A stretch of DNA of 64,000 nt, taken from assembly GCA_963978365.1 (NCBI GenBank), contig CAXBQX010000004.1, positions 4,220 through 68,219 on the forward strand, read 5' to 3'. This document shows, piece by piece, positions 1-7,919 of the stretch. The first letter of the stretch is position 1, and every line of letters starts with the position of its first letter. A model generated the notes under the pieces. It worked only from the letters and a program-made list of their open reading frames with translations, was not told the DNA's origin and ran no database searches. This DNA is from an uncultured Opitutales bacterium (GTDB lineage Bacteria > Verrucomicrobiota > Verrucomicrobiia > Opitutales > Seribacteraceae). A program made the position numbers and the translations under genes.

Positions 1-195
1 TGGATCACCAAAGATTTACTCATTACCTGCATCCAAGCAGTGAAAAGAGGAAGTTATCTTGCTATTTTCTTATTCGGAGCAGCTGGGCCGATTCTTCTGT
101 TTGGTCTTCTCGGGCAACCAACAAATCTTGGATTTGCCGCATTTGGTAGTGGACTATGCCTCGCAGCAGCGGTTTCGCAAAATAAGCCCACTTGA
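1..195 (+). CDS. 3' end of an integral membrane protein (5'-truncated), probably part of a polysaccharide cluster
   Basis: Frame +1 is open from base 1 to TGA at 193-195 (WITKDLLITC...GQPTNLGFAAFGSGLCLAAAVSQNKPT) with hydrophobic segments. The stop overlaps the next start (TTGA). Confidence 0.6.
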   Translation, partial: WITKDLLITCIQAVKRGSYLAIFLFGAAGPILLFGLLGQPTNLGFAAFGSGLCLAAAVSQNKPT

Positions 196-1340
196 AGCCG
201 AAGATACAGGTCTTGGTAATTACGAATTATCGCCCTGACCAACAGCAAAGCATGTTGCGCTTTGGAAACCTCCTAACTTCCAACAAAAATAGCAACAATA
301 GCCTTGATATTGAGGAATCTTACCCAACCCCCGTTTTCAGGAAAATTTGCCCCATCGGAAAATTCCAGAAATGGGCAGCCTATGTCGATAAGTATTTACT
401 CTTCCCTAAAAGATTAAAGCGAGAGCTAAAGAGCCGAAAAGATCCACTTCACTTGATCCATATCATCGACCATTCAAATGCTACTTACCTACCCAAGCTA
501 AGCAGGATAACTCAGGCGAAGAAAATCATAACCTGCCATGATTTAATCGCCATTCGTACCGCGAAGGGAGAATTCGCTCAGGCTCCCAAAACCTCAAACT
601 CGGGCAGGCGTTTACAAAATTGGATATCAGACTCTCTCCATCATGCAGACTATTACGCCTGCGACTCACGGCAGACCCAAGAAGACCTCAATCGGTTAAT
701 CCCTTTGTCCAAAGAAAAATCCTCCGTCCTTCATCTGGGAACAGAACCAGATTTAACCACGGCTTCGGAAAAAAAAGCTCTTTCAAAAATTCTTCTTTTT
801 GACCCACAGGATACTAACTTCCTTCTCCATGTGGGCAGTGCCGCTTGGTACAAGAATCGAAAAGCTGTTTTTCGTTCTTTTATCCATGCTCACACATGCC
901 TGCCCGATCAAAACCTAAAGCTTGTCTTAGTCGGACCCGATCCACAAAAAGAGGAATTGGATGATCAATTAAAGAATTGGATTACATCGAACCCGAGTGC
1001 CATCCACTCTTTGCAAAATCTTCCCGAAAATGCTTTGGACTCACTCTACAAATCCGCCAAAGCCTTGGTTTTTCCTTCCTTCATTGAAGGTTTTGGGTGG
1101 CCACCACTGGAAGCTGCTGTTCGGGGATGCCCAGTAATTACCACCCGTACAGGAGCAATAGCAGATTTACTGGGTAGCTATGCAAACTATGTGGAGGCAG
1201 ATAACCAAGCATTGATCAATCAAGGGGTGCTGCAAACATTACAAGTAGCAAGGTCAAACCAAAGCACCATTTCATTACCAAGCCATGAAGATTGCAGAAG
1301 ACAGTATTTCAATCTCTACGAGCAGTTGATAGCAAACTGA
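192..1340 (+). CDS. Glycosyltransferase family 4 (GT-B)
   Basis: ITCHDL, LHVG...YKN and the FPSFIEGFGWPPLEAAVRGCPVI (EX7E) motif. Confidence 0.9.
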   Translation: MKPKIQVLVITNYRPDQQQSMLRFGNLLTSNKNSNNSLDIEESYPTPVFRKICPIGKFQKWAAYVDKYLLFPKRLKRELKSRKDPLHLIHIIDHSNATYLPKLSRITQAKKIITCHDLIAIRTAKGEFAQAPKTSNSGRRLQNWISDSLHHADYYACDSRQTQEDLNRLIPLSKEKSSVLHLGTEPDLTTASEKKALSKILLFDPQDTNFLLHVGSAAWYKNRKAVFRSFIHAHTCLPDQNLKLVLVGPDPQKEELDDQLKNWITSNPSAIHSLQNLPENALDSLYKSAKALVFPSFIEGFGWPPLEAAVRGCPVITTRTGAIADLLGSYANYVEADNQALINQGVLQTLQVARSNQSTISLPSHEDCRRQYFNLYEQLIAN

Positions 1341-1355
1341 ACAAATTCTCTGTTT

Positions 1356-2195
1356 ATGCTCCTTTTTACCGCCCCGCTGCACTTACTCCGAAAAACCAAG
1401 GCTTTTCAAGCCCTACTGAGTAGTCGATTGAATCATCCCAAGTTTTATGATCTTGGATACAAACACAGGGTAGCGTTAAGACCCTTCACTCATGCATCCA
1501 TTCGATGGAGAAAAATACAATCGGAACCAGGTATTAGTAAACTGGTTAGTAAAATTGCAAAAGAACTGGATAACCAAAAGGATTCAGGATGGTTCTTTGA
1601 TGTAGGTGCAAATGTTGGATTGTATAGCTGGGAAGTTCGTAAAGTTTCTCCGCACCGAAAAATTTTGGCCTTCGAACCGGATCCAGAAAACATAATACTA
1701 CTCGAAAAAACCCTTAAAGGAGCCAATTTTCAAAATGTAGAAATTTGCAAGTGTGCACTGAGTAATCAACTCGCAGAGGTTTCCTTTTTTCAGGACAATT
1801 TAACATCCGCTACTGGATGTGTTGCAGGAAAGGACAAGCCATGGATCGAACAATACCTAAACGGTTCCACCAATGAAATTAGAGTAAAAACCGAGACTCT
1901 TGATTCAGTGGTAAGACAAGACAGGACACCTAGCTTGATAAAAATAGATGTGGAAGGGCATGAAGTTGAAGTTTTGCAGGGTGGGAGAAATACCTTAAGT
2001 GAAGCAAAACCGATCCTGATCATTGAATCTTTCCCGCCCAAACAATCGACTGTTCTTTCTCTTTTAGACGAACTTGGCTATCGTTACATAGATGCCGACC
2101 ATCATACTTCCATGAATCCTAAAACCACCAACCTTTTTGCCTGGCATCCTCAAGGCCCCCTTGATGAAACTACCATTCAAAAACTAATTATTTGA
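1356..2195 (+). CDS. FkbM-family SAM-dependent methyltransferase
   Basis: FFDVGANVGLYS, AFEPDP and IKIDVEGHEVEVLQG motifs. Confidence 0.9.
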   Translation: MLLFTAPLHLLRKTKAFQALLSSRLNHPKFYDLGYKHRVALRPFTHASIRWRKIQSEPGISKLVSKIAKELDNQKDSGWFFDVGANVGLYSWEVRKVSPHRKILAFEPDPENIILLEKTLKGANFQNVEICKCALSNQLAEVSFFQDNLTSATGCVAGKDKPWIEQYLNGSTNEIRVKTETLDSVVRQDRTPSLIKIDVEGHEVEVLQGGRNTLSEAKPILIIESFPPKQSTVLSLLDELGYRYIDADHHTSMNPKTTNLFAWHPQGPLDETTIQKLII

Positions 2196-2202
2196 TGAAC
2201 CG

Positions 2203-3057
2203 ATGACCAAAGTTCCTCTCAGTTTATTTGTTCCCTGTAAAAATGAAGAGGCCAATTTAGAGAGGTGCTTGCTGTCCGTACCCTGGGTAGATGAGATCTT
2301 TGTCGTAGATTCGCAGAGCACCGATCGTACCGCAAGCATTGCCGAAGAGCATGGAGCAAAGGTCGTGCAATTCGAATACAAGGGCGGATGGCCCAAGAAA
2401 AAAAACTGGGCCTTGGAAAACCTTCCCTTTTCCCATGAATGGGTCTTGATTCTCGATGCCGACGAGTGCCTGCCTCCCGAGGCAGAAGAGGAGGTTCGAA
2501 AAATTATCACCAACCCGGATGAGAAGCATGCAGGGTACTGGATAAACCGTAGGTACTTCTTTCTGGGCCAACCCTTGAAACATGCTTACTTCCCCAACTG
2601 GAACCTTCGGCTGTTTCGGCACAAACTGGGGAGGTACGAAAAAATTACCGATCTTTCCACCGATAGTGGAGATCACGAGATCCACGAACATGTGGTGGTG
2701 CAGGGAAGCACTGGTAAATTAACTTCAATCATGGATCACCATGCCTTTCCCACCATCGATAGCTTTGTGGAAAAGCACAACCGCTACTCCAATTGGGAAG
2801 CCATTGTCGAAAGCTCGGCAGAGGATGATGATACGGCCCTGCAACACGAGGCTGTGAAAGGGAAGCGAAGACTCAGGAGAATCTTCCGAAAACTCCCCTT
2901 TCGCCCCACCCTGCGTTTCCTCTATGTTTATTTGTGGCAGGGAGGAATCCTCGATGGATGGGCGGGCTATGTCTTTGCCCGCCTCCATGCCCAATACGAA
3001 TTTTTATCGCTGTCTAAAGCCCGGGCAATTTCAAGAAGCCGAAAAGAGACGAGGTAA
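2203..3057 (+). CDS. Glycosyltransferase family 2
   Basis: NEEANL, VVDSQSTDRT, WVLILDADE (DxD) and HEH motifs. Confidence 0.9.
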   Translation: MTKVPLSLFVPCKNEEANLERCLLSVPWVDEIFVVDSQSTDRTASIAEEHGAKVVQFEYKGGWPKKKNWALENLPFSHEWVLILDADECLPPEAEEEVRKIITNPDEKHAGYWINRRYFFLGQPLKHAYFPNWNLRLFRHKLGRYEKITDLSTDSGDHEIHEHVVVQGSTGKLTSIMDHHAFPTIDSFVEKHNRYSNWEAIVESSAEDDDTALQHEAVKGKRRLRRIFRKLPFRPTLRFLYVYLWQGGILDGWAGYVFARLHAQYEFLSLSKARAISRSRKETR

Positions 3058-3843
3058 TGTGCGGGCAGATTTGGATAACTTGTTTCCATCCGCATCCCGC
3101 ATTAATTCGCAGTGATAAAAAGTTGGGCGAACCCAGCCTAAAGTATCAAATAGCAAGCACTGACGGGCACTGGAAACGAGCAAGTCCTCGCCGCGGACCA
3201 CTTCGGTGATTTGCATCAGGTGATCATCGACCACGGTTGCCAGTTCATAGGCAGCCTCCCCATCCTTTCGCCAAACTAAGAAGTCGGATAAATCTTTTCC
3301 CACTAGGAAAGATTGTTCGGCTTTTTTTATGTCCGTAAATCCGACCTGATCTCCCCAGTTGGTCCGAAAGCGCCAGTTGCACTTCGCTGGGAAATCTTCT
3401 GGTAGTTTCTCGATATAATCTGGGCGAAAAGACTCGGGATAGAGATATTCCTTTCCGCTGGAATCTAAGATACCTGCGTCACTGATTTCCCGACGGGTTT
3501 TCAGGCATGGGTAAATACATCCCATCTCGAGCAGAGTTCGCAAAGCATTCAAGTAAAGCTCTGTCCTTCCACTCTGATTGTATGGGCCAAAGGGACCACC
3601 TTTGTCGGGCCCTTCATCCCAGTCCAAACCCATGCCCTGCATATCCTCGATGCATGCCTGGGCATATTCCTCGGTACAGCGGGCTGGATCGAGGTCATCC
3701 ATTCGAAGAACGAGAGTACCTCCAACCGAACGGGCTCGATCCCAGGCGGTGCGAAAGGTGCGGACATGGCCTTGGTGAAGAAAACCGGACGGAGTGGGTG
3801 CCAATCGCCCACGGTATCCCTGCTTCGCTTTCTCCTCGCTCAT
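3031..3843 (-). CDS. gluQ: Glutamyl-Q tRNA(Asp) synthetase (GluRS catalytic domain only)
   Basis: RLAPTPSGFLHQGH (HIGH-like), LRMDDLD, AYELATVVDD, VVRGEDLL and KLSKS. At 270 aa it has no anticodon-binding domain. Confidence 0.85.
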   Translation of the reverse strand: MSEEKAKQGYRGRLAPTPSGFLHQGHVRTFRTAWDRARSVGGTLVLRMDDLDPARCTEEYAQACIEDMQGMGLDWDEGPDKGGPFGPYNQSGRTELYLNALRTLLEMGCIYPCLKTRREISDAGILDSSGKEYLYPESFRPDYIEKLPEDFPAKCNWRFRTNWGDQVGFTDIKKAEQSFLVGKDLSDFLVWRKDGEAAYELATVVDDHLMQITEVVRGEDLLVSSARQCLLFDTLGWVRPTFYHCELMRDADGNKLSKSARTLPRLFSAS

Positions 3844-3924
3844 TGGTAAAAACTAAGATTTAAATGAATTGGTCTATTAAAAGAAGAAGAAAGAAGCACA
3901 CTGCCCTATTTCCCAATCAAAAGT

Positions 3925-5142
3925 ATGAAGTTTAGTGAACTGGGATTAAGCCCAAAAATTTTACAAGCTATTGAAGAGCTTGGATATGAAACCCCCACCC
4001 CGATTCAGGAAAATGCGATCCCGCCCATTCTTGAAGGAAGAGACTTGGTTGGCTCTGCCCAGACCGGTACAGGCAAAACCGCGGCCTTTGCCCTGCCCTG
4101 CATTCATCGGTTGGGGAAGCATGGTGCCTGCCGGGCCCTCGCCCTTGCCCCCACCCGGGAGCTGGCCATTCAAATAGAAGAGAATTTCAATAAGTACGGA
4201 AAGTTTTTGGATCTACGCATGGCTCTGCTCTACGGGGGTGTGAAATACGGCAAACAGCTTGAACAACTGCAGAACGAACCGGATGTGATCGTGGCCACCC
4301 CTGGCCGATTGCTCGATCACCTAAGCCAGGGAAACCTGAGCCTGAAAAAAATCGAGATTCTTATTCTCGACGAGGTGGACCGTATGCTCGATATGGGCTT
4401 CATCGAGGACGTGACCAAGATCATCCAAAAGACTCCAAGATCAAGACAGACCCTCCTCTTTTCGGCTACTATACCGGATACCGTGAGGAGGCTTTCCGCA
4501 TGGGCCCTGAATAACCCAGCAGAAGCAAAGATAGACATAAAGATATCGGCTGCAGATACAGTTAGCCATGCGTTATACCCCGTACCCGCTATCCAAAAGT
4601 TTGATCTTTTGATCGCTCTGCTCGAACAAATTAAATTCGATAATTTAATCATCTTCTTTCAAACCCGTAGAGGAACCGATAAAATTAGCCACTGGCTGAC
4701 CGAGCACGGGCAGGATGTGCGCGTATTACATTCTGACCTAAAGCAGCGCGACCGCATGGGGGCCTTGGAAGACTTTAAGCAAGGAAAGGTAAAAATTCTT
4801 TGTGCCACGGATGTGGCATCCAGAGGGTTGGATATCTCCAATGTCACCCATGTGATCAACTACGATGTACCCCAGCACTCGGAGGACTATGTTCACCGAA
4901 TTGGTCGTACGGGACGGGCACGCACCGAGGGCGAAGCTTTTACCCTGTGTAAACCAGAGGAACTTTCCCTGGTGGACTCGATCGAAAAACTGCTTGGTAA
5001 TCCATTGCCAAGAAAAGTAGTGGAAGGCTTTGCTTATCGCAATGAACCCGAAAGTCTGGCTCCTACGGCCCCGGCAGTGTCCCGCAAACGAAACCGGGGG
5101 TTTGGCAGTCAATTAAGCTTTGGGGGAAGAAGGCGGCGCTAA
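3925..5142 (+). CDS. DEAD-box RNA helicase (RhlE-like)
   Basis: Q motif PTPIQ, AQTGTGKT, PTRELA, TPGRL, DEVD, SAT and HRIGRTGR, plus a basic C-terminal tail. Confidence 0.92.
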   Translation: MKFSELGLSPKILQAIEELGYETPTPIQENAIPPILEGRDLVGSAQTGTGKTAAFALPCIHRLGKHGACRALALAPTRELAIQIEENFNKYGKFLDLRMALLYGGVKYGKQLEQLQNEPDVIVATPGRLLDHLSQGNLSLKKIEILILDEVDRMLDMGFIEDVTKIIQKTPRSRQTLLFSATIPDTVRRLSAWALNNPAEAKIDIKISAADTVSHALYPVPAIQKFDLLIALLEQIKFDNLIIFFQTRRGTDKISHWLTEHGQDVRVLHSDLKQRDRMGALEDFKQGKVKILCATDVASRGLDISNVTHVINYDVPQHSEDYVHRIGRTGRARTEGEAFTLCKPEELSLVDSIEKLLGNPLPRKVVEGFAYRNEPESLAPTAPAVSRKRNRGFGSQLSFGGRRRR

Positions 5143-5357
5143 CGGACCCGAATGACTGGGGTGACCGGTCGGACGAGTTGGCTGGTTTTACGAATTGGTT
5201 TGGAAAGTACATCAGTGGTTGTCCCCACCACCGCTTTTACCGGAGTGGTGACTGCTTTGGTGGCCAAACCAATTGGTTTGGTAATCAGGCTCCCGCACCC
5301 ACACAAGCACACAGTGGAAGCAATCAATAATAGGGAGACCAAAACATCCTTGCTCAT
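5139..5357 (-). CDS. Small putative lipoprotein
   Basis: ATG start, hydrophobic signal and lipobox-like LCG-C, then a Thr/Val/Lys/Pro-rich mature part. It fills an otherwise empty gap. Confidence 0.6.
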   Translation of the reverse strand: MSKDVLVSLLLIASTVCLCGCGSLITKPIGLATKAVTTPVKAVVGTTTDVLSKPIRKTSQLVRPVTPVIRVR

Positions 5358-5453
5358 GCATCTGACAAGTAGTAATCAGCAAGCCTTCGCAATCTAAATC
5401 CATATTTATTTCTCCTAGGTCAAAATTCATATCCTGCAAATTTTCTGATTCAA

Positions 5454-6065
5454 ATGTCTGAAAGTTCCTCATTCATCTACTTACTGCCCATACTAGCCGC
5501 CTTGATTGGTTGGATTACCAACTACCTCGCGATCAAGATGTTATTTCACCCCCATCAACCCAAAAAGATTTTGGCCCTTACTTTTCAGGGTGTATTTCCC
5601 AAAAGACAGGCACAGATTGCAGAGAAGTTGGGCGATTTAGTGGCCAATGAATTGTTTTCAATGAAGGATGTTGCCCAGAAAATTGAAGACTTATCCACCC
5701 AACCAGAGGCCCTGGAAGAAGTAGGGAAAAGAATTGAACAAACAATACGGGGAAAACTCATATCCGCCTTTCCCATGCTCTCGATGTTTTTGAGCGATGA
5801 AATGATTGAGAAAGTAACCAGCCTATTTAAAGGGGAACTGGAAGATTTCTTGCGGGTATCTGCTCAGGGACTTGCGGTAAAAATGGAAGAGTCTGTGGAT
5901 ATCCAAGCCTTGGTGCGGGAAAAGGTGCAGGCATTCTCCTCCAATAAAATAGAAGAATTGCTCCTTGGATTTATGGAAGAGGAGTTTCGGTTTATTGAAA
6001 AAATAGGAGCCGTCCTTGGGTTTTTGATTGGGTGTATCCAGGTATTTCTTGTTACTGCATTTTGA
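5454..6065 (+). CDS. DUF445-family membrane protein
   Basis: IGWITNYLAIKMLFHP...QGVFPKRQ at the N-terminus and IEKIGAVLGFLIG at the C-terminus. Confidence 0.85.
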   Translation: MSESSSFIYLLPILAALIGWITNYLAIKMLFHPHQPKKILALTFQGVFPKRQAQIAEKLGDLVANELFSMKDVAQKIEDLSTQPEALEEVGKRIEQTIRGKLISAFPMLSMFLSDEMIEKVTSLFKGELEDFLRVSAQGLAVKMEESVDIQALVREKVQAFSSNKIEELLLGFMEEEFRFIEKIGAVLGFLIGCIQVFLVTAF

Positions 6066-6125
6066 GCCTAAGGAGAGCTTTTACGGGTTGCCAACGATGA
6101 TGTGGGATTCCAAATTTATTGACTG

Positions 6126-7424
6126 ATGAATAACCTGAGTATTCTTGTTTCCCAATTATGGGAAGGTGCCTATCAATTTTGGACCACCCCGTCTGCTCAG
6201 ATTCAAGCGGGTGTCTTGCTTCTTTCGATCTTTCTTTCCTTCCTTTTCGCCAAACGCACCAAGCCCAAGATCTTAAAATTTACTTTGGACCCGACCCGTC
6301 CGGCATGGATTGAAAGAACGGCTCGCATTGTTGCCCAGCTTCTGCTTCCCCTCTTTCTGCTTCTTTTCTCTTTGCTCGCCCGTGGGCTATTAACCCGCTT
6401 TGAGTTTGCGTCGGTGGATTTGCTCAACCCATTCGTTCATGCCACCACCGCATGGCTAATTTACCGATTGGTTGCCGGGCTGACCCATAACCAGTTCTGG
6501 CTCAGGCTGGCTGCTGTGCTCGCATTTGGAATCGCCGCCCTGCAGAGCTTTGGCTTGCTCGAACCCACTTTTGAGTTTCTTGGTTCCCTGTCTTTTGCGG
6601 TGGGTAAGAGCACACTATCTGTGCTCGATTTGGTAAATGGAATTTTCATTCTCCTCTTCCTTCTATGGATGAGCTCCCTCTTGGGCAGTGCCGGGGAATC
6701 TCGAATCCGTCAATTGCCGAACCTGCCTCCTTCCCTGCAGGTGTTACTCGCCAAGGTGGTGCGGGTATTTTTAATTTTCATCAGTTTTCTGGTAGCGATG
6801 TCCACGATCGGACTGGATCTGTCTTCCTTTGCCCTTCTCGGTGGTGCCATTGGTGTGGGGATTGGATTTGGTCTGCAAAAGGTTGTCTCCAATCTGGTGA
6901 GCGGGCTGATCCTTCTTCTGGACCGATCGATCAAGCCAGGAGACGTGATCGAGATCGACAACACCTACGGCTGGATCAACTCCTTGCGGGCTCGCTATGC
7001 TTCAATCATTACCCGCGACGGCAAGGAACATCTCATCCCCAACGAAGACCTGATCACCAACCGGGTGGTTAACTGGTCTTTCAGTGACAAAAATATCCGC
7101 GTACGGGTGCCGGTGGGGATTTCTTACGACTCCGATCCACGCAAAGCGATGGAGCTTTGTGTGGAGGCTGCACGCTCATCCGGCCGGGTGCTCAACGATC
7201 CAGAACCGCGCTGCCTCCTTACCGGCTTTGGGGATAATTCCGTAAATTTAGAATTGAGATTCTGGATCAATGATCCATCCAACGGGGTAGGCAATGCCAG
7301 GAGCGAGGTTTTGCTCAGCATTTGGGATAAATTTAAAGAGGCCGGAATATCTATTCCTTTTCCACAGAGAGATCTACATCTGCGATCCTGGCCGGAAGGG
7401 TTTTCTAAAACTCTGGAAAAGTAG
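6126..7424 (+). CDS. Small-conductance mechanosensitive channel (MscS family)
   Basis: Multiple TM segments, GVGIGFGLQKVVSNLVSGLILL, IPNEDL and GISIPFPQRDLH. Confidence 0.92.
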   Translation: MNNLSILVSQLWEGAYQFWTTPSAQIQAGVLLLSIFLSFLFAKRTKPKILKFTLDPTRPAWIERTARIVAQLLLPLFLLLFSLLARGLLTRFEFASVDLLNPFVHATTAWLIYRLVAGLTHNQFWLRLAAVLAFGIAALQSFGLLEPTFEFLGSLSFAVGKSTLSVLDLVNGIFILLFLLWMSSLLGSAGESRIRQLPNLPPSLQVLLAKVVRVFLIFISFLVAMSTIGLDLSSFALLGGAIGVGIGFGLQKVVSNLVSGLILLLDRSIKPGDVIEIDNTYGWINSLRARYASIITRDGKEHLIPNEDLITNRVVNWSFSDKNIRVRVPVGISYDSDPRKAMELCVEAARSSGRVLNDPEPRCLLTGFGDNSVNLELRFWINDPSNGVGNARSEVLLSIWDKFKEAGISIPFPQRDLHLRSWPEGFSKTLEK

Positions 7425-7521
7425 ACTACGCCATTTGCTCAAGGCATAGAATGGGCACCTTCCAGCCTGCCTTCCAAGCTTGCCAATATGCGGGGTTAGG
7501 TATTTATTTAACCCCTTTGTC

Positions 7522-7857
7522 ATGACAAACTTAAGTTTCGATTCCGTATCTTTTATTCATGCGCTGGCGATGGCACCTTCAGGCGACCCTTCCGCACCCG
7601 GAGGTGGACTGATGGGCTTTTTGCCCATGATTTTGATTTTTGTAGCCTTCTGGTTTCTCCTGATCGCTCCCCAGAGAAAAAAGCAAAAAGAACACGACAA
7701 AATGATTAAAGCCTTGGAGAAAGGTGCCAAGGTCAAGACCGTTGGTGGAATGTTTGGAACCGTCACCGGTGTAAAGGACGATCGTTTTGTGATCCGAATC
7801 GCGGAGAATGTAAAAGTAGAGGTCGCGAAGGAAGCAATCTCTGCCAAGTTTGACTAA
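7522..7857 (+). CDS. yajC: Preprotein translocase subunit YajC
   Basis: TM followed by PQRKKQKEH...LEKGAKVKTVGGMFGTV, directly upstream of secDF. The ATG at 7522 is preferred over the track's TTG at 7480. Confidence 0.92.
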   Translation: MTNLSFDSVSFIHALAMAPSGDPSAPGGGLMGFLPMILIFVAFWFLLIAPQRKKQKEHDKMIKALEKGAKVKTVGGMFGTVTGVKDDRFVIRIAENVKVEVAKEAISAKFD

Positions 7858-7919
7858 CCCAGCTTTTCCTCCGCAGGTTTTCTGCACCCGAGCATTTTCC
7901 CAAAACAGCCCAAAATAGG

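Noticed and set aside
4369-4380. DEVD instead of DEAD in helicase motif II
   Set aside because: This is a common DExD variant and all other motifs are intact.
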